NCBI RefSeq assembly: GCF_030028105.1
Contig: NC_092384.1
Coordinates: 17,553,629-17,617,628 of the forward strand
DNA length: 64,000 nt
Direction: 5' to 3'
DNA from: Mobula birostris
Lineage: Eukaryota
Made by a program: the position numbers and the translations under genes. This document shows positions 1 through 12,169 of this stretch, piece by piece. The stretch's first letter is position 1, and each line of letters begins with the position of its first letter. The notes under the pieces are model-generated. The model did no database searches, was not told the origin of the DNA, and saw nothing but the letters and a program-made list of their open reading frames with translations.

Positions 1-19
1 CTCGTGCATAATTTGAAGG

Positions 20-560
20 TGCCTTGATAGAGGTATTCAAAATATCCTGACCCACGGGTGAGAAGCCAGAGGACTGGATATGACTAATGTTTTTTAGGTG
101 TTCAAGAAAAGTTCTAAGAAGACGCAGGGATCTTTTAGGCTGGTAAGACTGACGATTGTAAATGATAACTTGTTACAAATATTCCAAGTGACAAGATACA
201 TAACTATTTAGATAGAAGTTGGAATAGCCATCAGGATTTTGTGCATGGTAAGTAGTGTCTGGCTTATCTTGAATAGCTTATCGAGGAGTTTACCAGAGAT
301 CATGTTGAAGGAAATGCAGTGGATGTTGTCTACATGGCAATCCCTTGGGCAAAGTCCGTAATGAGAGGCTGATCAAGAAGGTTCGGTTGGCATTCAGGAT
401 GTAGTAGTAAACTGCATTTCACATTGGCTTGGGGGGAAAGCCAGGGGGTGGCTGTCGACGGCTTCTCTCTGACTGGAGGCCTATAACTAGAGGTGTGCCG
501 CGGGGATCGGTGCTGGCTACGTTGATAGTTCTTAATTAATTTTTTATGACAATGGATTAA
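20..560 (+). mobile_element. Degenerate CR1 LINE RT fragment
   Basis: Decayed matches to CR1 RT segments intact elsewhere in the window (gcagtggatgttgtctacatgg; ctagaggtgtgccgcggggatcggtgctgg). Confidence 0.7.
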
Positions 561-773
561 ACTGGTTGAGAATTATTTTCAGATCTGCACAATGGGTAAC
601 GAATGCAGACAGCTGTAAAATGGGCTGTAAAATGACAGCTGGAATTCATTCGCTTTCGAATTCCATTCGTGCTCAGCTCTCTACCCTTTACATTATAACC
701 CTATCAAAATTCATCTCGATATTACGATTTCTATTTCTCTCCCTATTTTGAATGGGGAAAGAGGTATAGATAT

Positions 774-880
774 TCAGAAATTTTGCAAAGCACATTTGGA
801 TTGATAATTTGCAACAAATTGGTACATTATATTGCTATTAATTCTTTTGGATCTGGGTGAGTTTGTAACCTTGTCATATC
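774..880 (-). CDS. Gene 1 exon 4: cytoplasmic tail (G)YDKVTNSPRSKRINSNIMYQFVANYQSKCALQNF* with ITIM-consensus IMYQFV
   Basis: Acceptor tttatcaactctcttatag, phase 1, in frame with the preceding exon, ends at TGA 774-776. Confidence 0.6.
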
Positions 881-1082
881 CTATAAGAGAGTTGATAAAA
901 TTGTTCATGATTTGCCTCATGTGTGATGGGAAATCGAGCTTTCCAACTACAGCCACTCACATTAGTAACAATATTATTTCAACATCTTGCCTGCAATGCA
1001 AACATTACTTCACTTGCAAATAATTCCTTGTTTTTGAAGCACCTTCTCGATAATAATGCTAAAATCGAAGGGCATCACTAAC

Positions 1083-1199
1083 CTTGGACATTAGCTTTAA
1101 ATAGGAGATTGTCGATCGATAGGTCTGCACTGACAGCAGTTGTAAGGAGTACGATACAGCAAACAGAATCAGCGTTATTTCTCGTCCAATTGACGCTGC
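1083..1199 (-). CDS. Gene 1 exon 3: stalk/TM-like exon (G)SVNWTRNNADSVCCIVLLTTAVSADLSIDNLLFKANVQ
   Basis: Acceptor cacattttag, donor G|gttagt, 117 nt, phase 1-1, open, hydrophobic core; same length as the exon at 35737-35853. Confidence 0.65.
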
Positions 1200-1392
1200 C
1201 TAAAATGTGATTATTTTATTCTGTTCTTTTTAACTCTACAATTGGAGCTTGTAGAATGGGGTTTGCTTTGACGCGTGAAACAAATCCGCTCTCGCTGTTT
1301 GTTTTATCAAATAGTAACATTACATATTAATCTCATCATTAGCTTTAATTTAAATTGCACAAAAGCGAAAATCTCCTCGTAGCCGCACTAAC

Positions 1393-1698
1393 CGAACACA
1401 GTGAGCTTGGAGCCACTTCCATTCCAGAAAGATTGTTCCCGATACTTTGCTCCACAGTAGTAAATTCCGGAATCGGCGAATTTCACATCCAGAAGAACAA
1501 GCGTTCCTCTTGTCTTTTCGAGACTAAATCGTTTTCTGCTGTCACTTTCTAAAAATGCATTCTCGCCTTCCCTCCACCAAAGAAAGCTAACAGTATCTTT
1601 TGATATTTGAGTATTGCAGTGCAAGGTAACACTCGTCCCGCCCGGAACGTCCAAGTCCGTAGGGAATTGATATACTCTGAACGCAGGCACTTCGACTA
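1393..1698 (-). CDS. Gene 1 exon 2: V-set Ig domain with germline-joined J-like end (NKp30/CD28-family/NITR-like architecture)
   Basis: VTLHC...FLWW...DSGIYYC...WNGSGSKLTVF; acceptor tttatttttccggcag, donor G|gttagt, 306 nt, phase 1-1. Confidence 0.92.
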
Positions 1699-1898
1699 CT
1701 GCCGGAAAAATAAACAAGAGCATTAATAACAGCTACACACAGGGAATAAATAAGAACCTAAAGACCTGCTGGATGTTACTGGATAATGAAGAGACAAAGA
1801 CGACCGAATTGCTCAACCGCTGAAACTAGGTATGCAGCGCGAACCCAGGTTTAAGTTTTCTAAAATAGAATACTCAGTTGAGAAACGGAACATTTAAC

Positions 1899-1935
1899 TT
1901 AGCATACATAGACAGGTAATAGCCAGGAGCGCCAT
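1899..1935 (-). CDS. Gene 1 exon 1: signal peptide MALLAITCLCML
   Basis: ATG at 1935, hydrophobic peptide, phase-1 donor A|gttaaa (modest strength) joining the V exon in frame. Confidence 0.7.
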
Positions 1936-1968
1936 GTACGAAACCGTAAGTTTCTCTGACATATTACA

Positions 1969-2079
1969 GAAACCGAACCCAGCAATTTTGGGATACAAGT
2001 GATATTCTGAAGAGTTTGCGGAAGGAATAGAAATTCAAGAGTAAATATATGAACCGTGTAATCATGACGTAAGATGACG
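1969..2079 (-). promoter_or_regulatory. Candidate proximal promoter of gene 1 (ISRE-like and CRE/ATF-like motifs)
   Basis: GAAACCGAAC at 1969-1978, TGACGTAA at 2065-2072 and a TGACG half site at 2075, within 150 nt upstream of the ATG; short motifs only. Confidence 0.3.
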
Positions 2080-2599
2080 CCTCACCAAGACAGAAGCAGG
2101 TGTTTCAAAGATCGTTATACTGGGCAGACAGGGCAGTGAGAGCTCTTCACTTTTCAATTGTTAAAGGGCTATCTAGTGCTTTCAAAATTATGTTCGGATT
2201 TCGTGCACTATGCTGAGTTCAGGAATTATCCATTTCTTTATTTCGAACTAAATTCAAATCTGTGCTCTGCCAAGTAATTCCAAATATGGAAATCCGCATT
2301 GTAGTCATAAATATCTAATAACATTTGCGGTTTTGAATTGGATGGGTAAGATGGCACTAGCGACTAATGCTACTAACGGCGAATTCTTGCAAACGTCCAC
2401 GATTTTTTTCTTCTTCTTTTCCTTCTTTTAAAAAACATTTTAAATGTTATTAATGTGTGCGCGATTGGAGCCTGTAATATACAATTTGATAATGTGTCTT
2501 TGGGCCGTCTGAGGAATCTGGCGCTTTTGGTCTCTCCGACTGGATTCGGCGTGTTTGAGAACGTAGTATGCGGCTTACTAGTGGAAAGTGGATCCAATC

Positions 2600-3150
2600 G
2601 GCTCAGTTATTCCCACATCTCGTAAAAAAAGCGTCGAGCAAGATTAAAAGTCAAGAAGGACAATAGCGCAAAGCGAACGAGTTTTCAGAGCATCTGCCCG
2701 CGTTTGACTTGTATCGCTCTCCACCTCGGTTGCCCGAAGAAGCTCATGGAGACTTGGATTATGGGCAAGATTTGTAGATTGGAGTCATTTTCAGAGGTCT
2801 GTTAGTTCATGTTATGTGTATTTTTGGTTACACCGTTTGTATTGCTATTTAGCACGATTTTGATGGAGCACTTCGACTTGAATTGGTCCTGCGGCCTGCA
2901 GCGAAATTTTACACCGAACTCAAAGACACTGAAGGTTCCGAGAGTGTTTCAAGGACTCTTCTTTGATGTTTACTAGTCTGTGTGTTATTCGTTCCTTTTT
3001 GCCGTCTGCACGATCTGCTCTTTTATCCTCGTTGGTTTTTTGATATTTTTTTTTAAAGTTTCCATGATGTTTTTTTTTTACCGGCTGCCTGCGGGAAAAC
3101 AAAACTCAGGGTTGTATATTGCTTACATAATTGATAGCAAATGTACGTTG
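2600..3150 (+). mobile_element. Non-autonomous retroposon or LINE 3' tail
   Basis: Ends ctcagggttgtatattgcttacataattgatagcaaatgtac; related tail at about 45540-45600. Confidence 0.4.
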
Positions 3151-4414
3151 ATGTTGAATCGGACAAAAATAGTAACAACCTTTCTTCACTATTTAGCTTC
3201 GTTGTGTTGTTGCGTTTCAATCATATACCATCGGTCAATTATCATCCCGCTGGTTGCAAACCGCAAACGCAAACCCCCACTTCACGTCCTCTACATTCTC
3301 TTGATTATATTTTAGCTCATCTCCCTCTCTTGTTCGAACTCTAGCTGCTCCTGCAAAGACATTCTTGACTTCCAAACTGAAATTTCATAGCTATGAATTC
3401 TATTGTTCTTACAATCACCATTGCAGTAAGATTTGCAGAAAACGGGGAGAGCAGGTGCGCTTTTACGGCAAGAAAGGCTTTAACGCTTTTTTTCTCCTAA
3501 TAATTTCCTTTAGGGTTTGTTTATAAAAGTCTGACTGATGAATTACTGTTTAATAGCTGGAAAAACAACCGAAAAGAAACTGATGAACGAGACTGCTTTG
3601 AACAGTCAGTACATTCCCTCGGACACCGTCATTCACACGTCTCTGATACAATGTGTGATTTTGGATTCTGAGCATTCATGAAACTGCTCAAAGGAAGCGA
3701 CATATGTTCCAGGAATAGGCCTGTTACTTCAGCAATTCTCATCTAATTCAAATGCTTGATCATTTCGAGGCTACATACTTTTTTATGAAATAAAAACATA
3801 ATACTAAATGTTACTTCATAAATTTATTCCAGCGATGGATTTGTCGTTGTTTTTTTTTTTGTACCAAGTTGCCCCCATAGTACTCAGGTTCCTCGCTTGC
3901 TGCTCTGGCTAGTTCGCACGCAGAACTCGGCGAGAAGCAACAGCAAGTGTTGTCTCTGATGGAAAACTATACCGGATGTCGGATGATAATCACCGAGAAG
4001 AGAGTGCTTAGAGTTGAAACTATAGGTTTATTCAGTTTAATGATTATGGTAACACAGAGATTTAGGAGGTATCACGAGAAAATTTATAAAGCGAGCATGG
4101 AGGACACCTCAACTGATAGAATGCAGTTCCGAGGCTCCATTTTTAAGTCCAATCAGCACGTGCGGAATTGGGGGTAATGCTGCAATTTCAAACATCTCTT
4201 AAATTTGCACAAAGTAAAAAGGAGACAGATGTAGAATCAATCTGAGCTAATGCTTAACCAGGTACAGACAAAACAGGCATCGGAATGAATCATTTGTCTG
4301 ACTCGGCAGCGCATACACGCTTACCCGTTTCTAATATGAGAATACAGAATATTCTTCAAATCATCGTGGTTGGCAGTGAAACTCTACTGAATTTCTCCCG
4401 AAAGCAGTAAAGAC

Positions 4415-4940
4415 TCTGATTACCATGCGGATCACGGCCCTCTTGTGAGTTATTATGCATCTGGAATTGCCACGATTCGGTGGGGACATTGCGCTGTTTT
4501 CATTGACACGTCATCGCCATCATCGAATTGCATCTCCTGCCCTCTCAGAAATGAAATTTTGTATGTGTATCGAGCGTGAGGTTGTTCACAGTAACACACA
4601 TTTAGTCCAGTGGATCCCACTGGATGTAATTAAGTTCGGGTTGTTGAGGAGATTGTCGAGGACAGGATGAATCAATGCTCAGCTTCCATGTGCTTCCTAC
4701 GTTCAGAGTCAATATTCTGATTTCCATGCGAATCACCACGTCATTTTGCCCAGTTATGCATTGGGAATTTCCACGAATCGTTTGGGATGTTATGCTACTT
4801 TCATGGACACATTGTCGCCATCATTGAATTCCATCTTATGTCCTCTCAGAATTGAACTCGATTGCAGAAACACATATTTTGTCCATTGGTACAGCTGGAT
4901 GTAATTGAGGTGGGGAAGTTGCGGAGGTTGGCGGGGTGAG
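4415..4940. repeat. Diverged tandem duplication, unit about 300 bp
   Basis: ctctgattaccatgcggatcac...cactggatgtaattaag recurs as ttctgatttccatgcgaatcac...agctggatgtaattgag. Confidence 0.75.
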
Positions 4941-5775
4941 GACACCGACTTAGTTAATTTTATCCTGCTGTTGATCTGGATAAAGTGTAAGGGGGAAAAA
5001 AACAACAACTAATAAGAGACAGTTCAATATTACCTTTCAAGTGATTTCAGATGCCTAACACAGAAATGCGACTGCGGTTTAAAACACTGCTTCCAGTAGG
5101 TAATTTTTCAGCCGAGACGCGGTGGGGGTGGGGAGAGTTGGGGGACTGGTCTTCATCTTCAGATATTCCTTTTTTCGACACATAAATACCAAAGGTGACA
5201 GGACCGTGATTGATTTCCCATGAACCACCCTCTGTTCACGATTGGTCGATTCTTCATGGCGTGTAGGAATTGAACAGTAACTTGGACAGATCACTAATCA
5301 TTTAAAAATAAGCTGACTGAAAAAAAAATTACCTGGTTTGAGCACTTGTGAGATTGTTGTGGTTGCTGTCAGGTGACAATTAATTAAGACGGCACATGCA
5401 TTATTAATTGTAAATGCTTTGGAAATAGTCCCTGTATCTCCTCAGTTTAGCTTGCAAATATATTGTTCATTGTTAACTGGCCTGGAAAAGCACAGGACAG
5501 TATAAGGAAAAATGTGTTTTTAAGTATTTAATTTATCAGTTTATTAATTCAAATGCTTGAATATTTCTGATAATGTCAGAAAAATCAAGAGGTTTCCAAT
5601 TGTTAAGCACAGCTCTGGTTATGTCTATGGGCTGACTGTGCATCTAGATTTGTAATTTATGAGACACTTCTGTCCACTTCACGACGAAATCCATTGTAAC
5701 GTCGCGCCTTTAAATGTCGTTACCTTCATTGGAAACATAATCCCAAATGTTCTCAACAATGTCTTCCTATAAGTG

Positions 5776-6180
5776 AACAGAACAGGAACAGGCCACCGAC
5801 CCACAATGCTGCGCCAAACCAGCTAAAAGGCAAATCAAAACACAGAAACACTAATCACATCCACCTGACCCATGTTAATCCTTACATCCATATGCCTATC
5901 CAGATGACTGTTGAAATCCTCTATTGTCCTTGCCGCTAGGACCATACCAGGCATCCACAACTCTCTAAGTAAAAGACTCGCCCCCCTTTGAACCTGCCCC
6001 CTGTCACTGTCAATGTGTGTCTTCTGGTATTAGACATTTCAACTCTGGGTAACAGATGCTCTCTGTACACTTTATCTATGCCTCTCATAACCTTGTAAAT
6101 CTCTATTAGATCTCCCTTCAGCCTGCAACGCGCCAAAGAAAACGACCCAAGTTTATCCTGCCTCTCGTGATAGCATAAAT
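5776..6180 (-). mobile_element. CR1 LINE 3' end
   Basis: LGSFSLARCRLKGDLIEIYKVMRGIDKV, the CR1 ORF2 C-terminus, plus 3' UTR. Confidence 0.9.
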
Positions 6181-6189
6181 ATTTCAACT

Positions 6190-7090
6190 GAATTTTCATT
6201 ATTATTTTGGTAAAATAATAGGGAGCTGTGTTGGAGTACTCTGACTGCAAAATTAAAGCTATTGTTTTATACTCTTGGGCCAGGTGACGGGAATATCCCA
6301 GAACGCTAGGCTCCATCGTCTGAGAGAGAAATCGTGATACCACTTCCTTGATAGTTTTCCCCTCTTCAGAGACCGTTCCTGACGGGCCTAGGATTTCCAG
6401 AGTTTTCTGCTTAATTCCGGCTTACAAACATCGGCAGTGCTATTTAACGTTATTACCCTTCTTTTCATGAACGATCTAACTAGATATAAGTTGAACACAT
6501 GAAGGCATGACCTTCCTTCCACTTTCATTCGTCTTTAAATGCATCGTGGAAATATTTTGGTTAAAAGACAGCTCTCGACATTGTCTCATCATGCTATTTG
6601 TCAACCTGCTCCTTACGCTATTAACACTGCTTTTAATATAAGATGGACGAGTACAGCGCAGGTTTATGACCTTCGCCAAATCAAACTAAATGCTTGCTAG
6701 CTGCGTATGATCTGCAACTCTCAAGTCACTGCACATTCGTGTCTCTATCCAAAAGCCTCTTTATTACAATATCTTCTTCTGATTTCATTTTCTTTAATGT
6801 ACAAGGAGTTTTGTTCCATTCCTGAGGGTAAGGTCACTCTAATTCCCGGCGCTCCTGCATTTCATGCGAATTGAACTCTTTGTAACAATTTGACACGTTT
6901 TTCTGTGCGTCCGTAGAAAAAAATCATTCCGGTTCAGTGAAGGGACAGGACTTTCAAATAATTGTCAAATGTATTTTTCCAACTCGTCTTAGTCTGGAAC
7001 ACTTTAAAGTCATCAAATAACAATCTAATACTCAGTGACCCGAAACGGATATTATTTCATGTAATTACGAAATCTGACATGATTTACACC
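6190..7090. repeat. Non-TE duplicated block, copy 1 (copy 2 at about 19330-20265)
   Basis: Collinear shared strings such as cattcgtctttaaatgcatcgtggaaatatt, ttaatataagatgga, gcggatattatttcatgtaat. Confidence 0.85.
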
Positions 7091-7139
7091 ACCATCACTT
7101 TGGAAAGATATTGTCTAATACACATAAAAGTTATACCGA

Positions 7140-9490
7140 TATCCTATATAACCATATAACTATATAACAATTACAGCACGGAAGCAGGCTATCTCGGCCC
7201 TTTTAGTCCGTGCCGAACTCCTACCTAATCCAACCGACCTGCACTCAGCCCAAAACCCTCTATTCCTTTCCTGGCCATAAAGCTGTCCAATCTAACGTTA
7301 AATGACAACATCGAACCTGCTTCAACCACTTCTGCTGAAGCTCGTTCCACACAACTACGACTCTCTGAGTAAGAAGTTTCCCCTCATGTTATTTCTAAAC
7401 TTTTACCCTTTAACTCTCAACTCATGTCCACTTGTTTGTATCTCCCCCACTCTCCACGTCAACTCTATCTATCCCCCTCATAATTTTAAATACCTCTATC
7501 AAGCCGCCCTCAACTTTCCGCATTCCAAAGAATAAAGACCCAACTTTTTCAACCTTTTTGTATAACTTAGATAATGAAACCCAGGTAACATTCTAGTAAA
7601 TCTTCTCTGTACTCTTTCTATTTTGTTGACATCTTTCCTATAATTCGGTGACCAAAACTGTACACAATACTCAAAATCTGGCCTCACCAATGCCTTGTAC
7701 AATATCAACCTTACATCCCAACTCCTATACTCAATGCTCTGATTTATAAAGGCCAACATATCAAAAGCTTTCTTCACCACCCTTTCCACATGAGATTCCA
7801 CCTTCAATGAATTATGCACCATTATTCCTAGATCCCACTGTTATAATGCATTCTTCAATGCCCTAGCATTTACCAGGTATGTCCTATTTTGATTAGTCCT
7901 ATCAAAATGTTTCACCTCACATTTATCAGCATTAAACTCCATTTGCCATCTTTCAGCCCACTCTTCTAACGGGCCTAAATCTCTATGCATGCTTTAAAAA
8001 CCTACTTCATTATTCACAACTCCACCCATCTAAGTATCATGTGCATACTTACTCATCCAATTTACCACCCCATCATCCAGATCATTAATGTATACGACAA
8101 ATAACATTAGACCCAGGACAGATCCCTGAGGCACCCCACTAGACACTGGCCACCACCACCACTCTCTGGCGTCACCCATCCAGCCACTGCTGAATCTATT
8201 TTACTACTTCAATGTTAATACCTAATGATTGAACCTTCCTAACCAGCCTTCCGTGTGGGAACTTGTCAAAGGCCTTACCGAAATCCATATAGACAACATC
8301 CACCGCTTTACCCTCGTCAACTTTCCCAGCATCCTCTTCAAAAAATTCAATAAGATTTGTCAAACATGACCTTCCACGCACAAATCCATGTTGACTGTTT
8401 CTAATCAGACCCCGTCTATCCAGATAATTATATATACCATCTCTAAGAATACTTTCCAACAATTTACCCACCACTAACGTCAAACTCACAGGCGGATAAT
8501 TGCCAGGTATACTCTTAGAACCCTTTTTAAACAATGGATCGACATGAGCAATACGCCAATTCTCCGGCACCATCCCCGTTTCTAATGATATTTGAAATAT
8601 TTCTGTCAGAGCCCCTGTTATTTCCACAATAACTTCCTTCAATTTCCCAGGGAATATCCTGTCCGGGCCCCGAGAATTATCCACGTTTATATTCCTTAAA
8701 AGCTCCAGTACTTCCTCTTCTTTAAAAATCATAATTTCCATAATTCCCTACCTGTTTCCCTTATCTAACACAATTCAATGTCCTTCTCCTCAGTGAATAC
8801 CGAAGAGAAGAATTTGTTCAGAATTTCCCTATCTCCTTTGGCTCAACACATAACTGTCCACTCTGATTCTCTAAGGGACCAATTTTACCCCTCACTATCC
8901 CTTTGCTAATAATATAATGGTAGAAACACTTGGGATTTATTTTCACCTTACTTTCCAAAGCAACCTCATATCTTCTTTTAGCTTTTAGCTTTTCTAATTT
9001 TTACATTCTTTATATTCCTCGAGAACCTCATTTACTCCATGCTGCCTATATTTATTGTAGATATCTCTCTTTTACCGAACCAATCTTCCAATATCCCTTG
9101 AAAATCGTGGCTCTCTCAAACTTTTAATCTTTCCTTTCAACCTAACAGGAACATAAATATTCTGTACTCTCAAAATTTCACCTTTAAATGACCTCCATTT
9201 CTTTATTACTTTCTTCCCATAAAACAAATTGTCCCAATCCACTCCTTTAAAATCCTTTCGCATCTCCTCACAGTTAGCCTTTCTCCAATCAAAAATCTCA
9301 ACCCTGTGTCCAGACCTATGCTTCTCCATAATTATATTCAAACTAATAGCATTGTGATCACTGGACCCGATGTGCTCCCCAACACAAACCTCCTTCACCT
9401 GACCAATCTCACTCCCTAACAGGAGATCCAACACTGCCCCTTCTCTGGTTGGTACCTCTATATATTGCTGCAAAAAAACTATCCTGAGGA
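7140..9490 (-). mobile_element. 5'-truncated CR1 LINE (end of EN, RT, 3' tail), disrupted
   Basis: ORFs 9072-9524, 8196-8741 (GNYPPVSL, QHGFVRGRSCLTNL, YMDFGKAFD) and 7499-7822 (LVRPDFEYCVQFWSP). Confidence 0.95.
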
Positions 9491-9499
9491 CTAACTTAT

Positions 9500-9685
9500 C
9501 CGGATGAGAGAAAAAAAATTGCACTACCTTACTTATTTTATATTTGTGATTTATAATTTAAATTTTTACTATTTACTATCGATTTGTAATCCAGAGAGCG
9601 CGAAGCGCAGAGTCAAATATCACTGTGATGATTGTACGCTCTAGTATAAATTGTTTGGCGACAATACAGTAAAGTAAAGTAAAAT
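9500..9685 (+). mobile_element. Short LINE/SINE 3' tail ending in (GTAAA)n
   Basis: gcgcagagtcaaatatcactgtgatgattgtacgctctagtataaattgtttggcgacaatacagtaaagtaaagtaaa. Confidence 0.5.
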
Positions 9686-10854
9686 TATTGTCCATTTTTA
9701 CATGTAGTTCCTTATTTAAGTAATCAGAAAGGAAAATGTGTTACCCCACTACTGAGATCAAGTTTACATTGCCTTTTAATTTGTAAAGTTATTTGTTCAT
9801 CATTCAATTTTCTCAGAGAATGAGTCACACATGAATAGCAACTATTTAGCTATTCTTAAAAACATTGTTTCGTGTAGTTATCTCCATACTGAACATAACA
9901 TAGAATCAGGAAGCATAGACGCCGCTGCACAGCTTCAGAAACGTTTAACTGACAGAAGCCGGCTTTCAAAAAAGTGTTATTTTTAACTTATTGTCCTTCT
10001 CTTAAACGCAAACGAGCAGTCTGCAAAATACGTGTTTCAGAGAGGCGCAATCATTGACCACAGATCTTCCATGATGTCACAAACAGATTCGCGCGTGCAG
10101 TTCTGTTCTCAGACGGTGTGTTAGTTCCCGTAAACGCAAATTATAATGACCTTCTTGGTAAACTGATACTTAATTAAAACCTGTATTCCGACCAGCTTTT
10201 TATAGAAAACTTGCACAAGCTCGCATGCAAACATTCGCATTTGCGAATTACGAACAGGAAGTTAGCATATATCTGCTTTGAGAGGATATGACAACTCATC
10301 GGAATGGAACATAGTAATGTAATCTGATTGCATTTCAAATGGGCAGTGGAAATAGAAAAGGAAAGTACCAAGGTACACACGGATACACTCATTTAAATAT
10401 TTTAATATGTTAACGTAAATGCTTCGATTCATGACTCACGGATGTGGGGTTTGAATTTGGTTCTCCAGAAACAGAATTCCTTGCACATATTCATAGCATT
10501 CCATATTCAATAGTCAGCAAGCTGAACCGTAACTCTATTTACTTATATATTTTGTTAGGCCACTTAATATTCATTGAATATGGAATTTTAATATCTGTTT
10601 CTTACTCTACCGTAATCCATAAAGCTCCTGATCTCCGCAGGTTTAAATGATCCGCGAGTTAAGTACGCCATGTGGAAGAACATTCATCTGCTGAGGCACA
10701 TGGCGTGAAACGATGATTGGGTTCCTAGATACAGATTATGGAGGGCGATAAACAGAAACACCACGGCTATCAGTGCTGGAAGCTAACAAATAAAGGAGAG
10801 GGATAATGGGAGCCATTAGAGGAGAAGTGAAAGCCAGATGAAACCTTACTCACT

Positions 10855-10970
10855 CTTCCTTCAGTTAGTCCTGACGAAGGGTCTCGGCCTGAAACGTCGA
10901 CTGCACCTCTTCCTAGAGATGCTGCCTGGCCTGCTGCGTTCACCAGTAACTTTTACGTGTGTTGCTTGAA
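10855..10970 (+). mobile_element. Penelope-element terminal fragment
   Basis: Near identical to 45280-45395 (cctgacgaagggtctcggcctgaaacgtcgactgcacc). Confidence 0.9.
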
Positions 10971-12169
10971 ACCAGGGGCAGATGGGGACGGGGAAGACTT
11001 TGTGTGAAATATATGTGCGGTGAATGGATGGAACTAGAAGGGGGCAATAACGAAAACGAGTACGTAGACACTGAAGTAAGAAAGTGTTAATAGCAATTAA
11101 CCTACAACAGCAAACACTGTGTAATTTCGTGGTTTGCAGAATATATAGGTGGAATATGAAGCTAGATATAAGCCACAAAATGCTAACCTTCATTGAAAAG
11201 GACTTGGTGTATGACCAGAAAGACATGTTGCAGCATGATACAATGAATTGGTTTAGTACTTACAAACTATTTTGAATATTTTCTTGGAAGGAGTACAGCC
11301 AAGTCTCTCTAAATTGGGTCAAGCAACATCTATGTAGCGAAGTGGAAGGTCAACTTTTCTGGACTAGACTCGATCAGGACTGAAAAGAAAGAGGAAAGTT
11401 AGTGTTAAAAGGTCATGAAAAAGCTGGAGCAATAGTTGGAGATTAATAGGTGGATCCAGGTGAGGAAGTGACAGCCAGTAAAAGGGGCGAGATTTAGTGT
11501 GATCCATGAGTCTGGTAGTCATAGATGGAAGCAACAAAGACTGAAGAAGTCAGACGACTTCAGCAGTGGAGAATTCCATTTTTTTACACGCGTGAACAAA
11601 CAACTCTAGATCATGTGATATATTGCAGGTGTATCCCGCATTTCACAAATTCCCCCGCGTCAGCGACCCACTTACAAATATTTGGAGTGTTATTTGCACG
11701 TATACTCCAAGATCAGGAGCTTCGAATGGTAGAATGCACAATATTGACTATTCTAAGCAGTTTACAGAAGACCATAAAACTTCGTTTTTTTTCAGCTCTC
11801 TCCTAAATCGCTATGATCGTCATTTTTTTCTTCATTCGCTCCTCTGCATACTCACAAGTAACAGGGAAGCTTAACAGGACGAAGATCCTCCCCCTCGATC
11901 ATGGCCGATCCAATCACATTCTCAGGCGACACTTTCTTTTTCATCTGATGCTCATATCGGTATTGTGAAATTCCTCCATTACTTTGTATGTATTGCTTCG
12001 ATTTCCAGCATCTGCAGATTTTCTCTTGTTCAGATCGGTATTAGTCAGCTTTACCTTGCTTTCGAAAAATCTCCAGCGAATTATTGTTATGAGTTTGGTC
12101 TTGTAAGTTAACAGGTTGGATCAATGAAGAAAATTATTTCTTTAAATTATTACTTACGATACGTTCAAA

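Noticed and set aside
1397-1403. CACAGTG RSS-like heptamer near the V exon end
   Set aside because: It is the reverse complement of the codons for T-V in KLTV, and no nonamer lies at 12 or 23 nt, so there is no evidence of RAG rearrangement
2980-3344. Hydrophobic ORFs as membrane proteins
   Set aside because: They overlap a T-rich retroposon tail and lack convincing splice or start context
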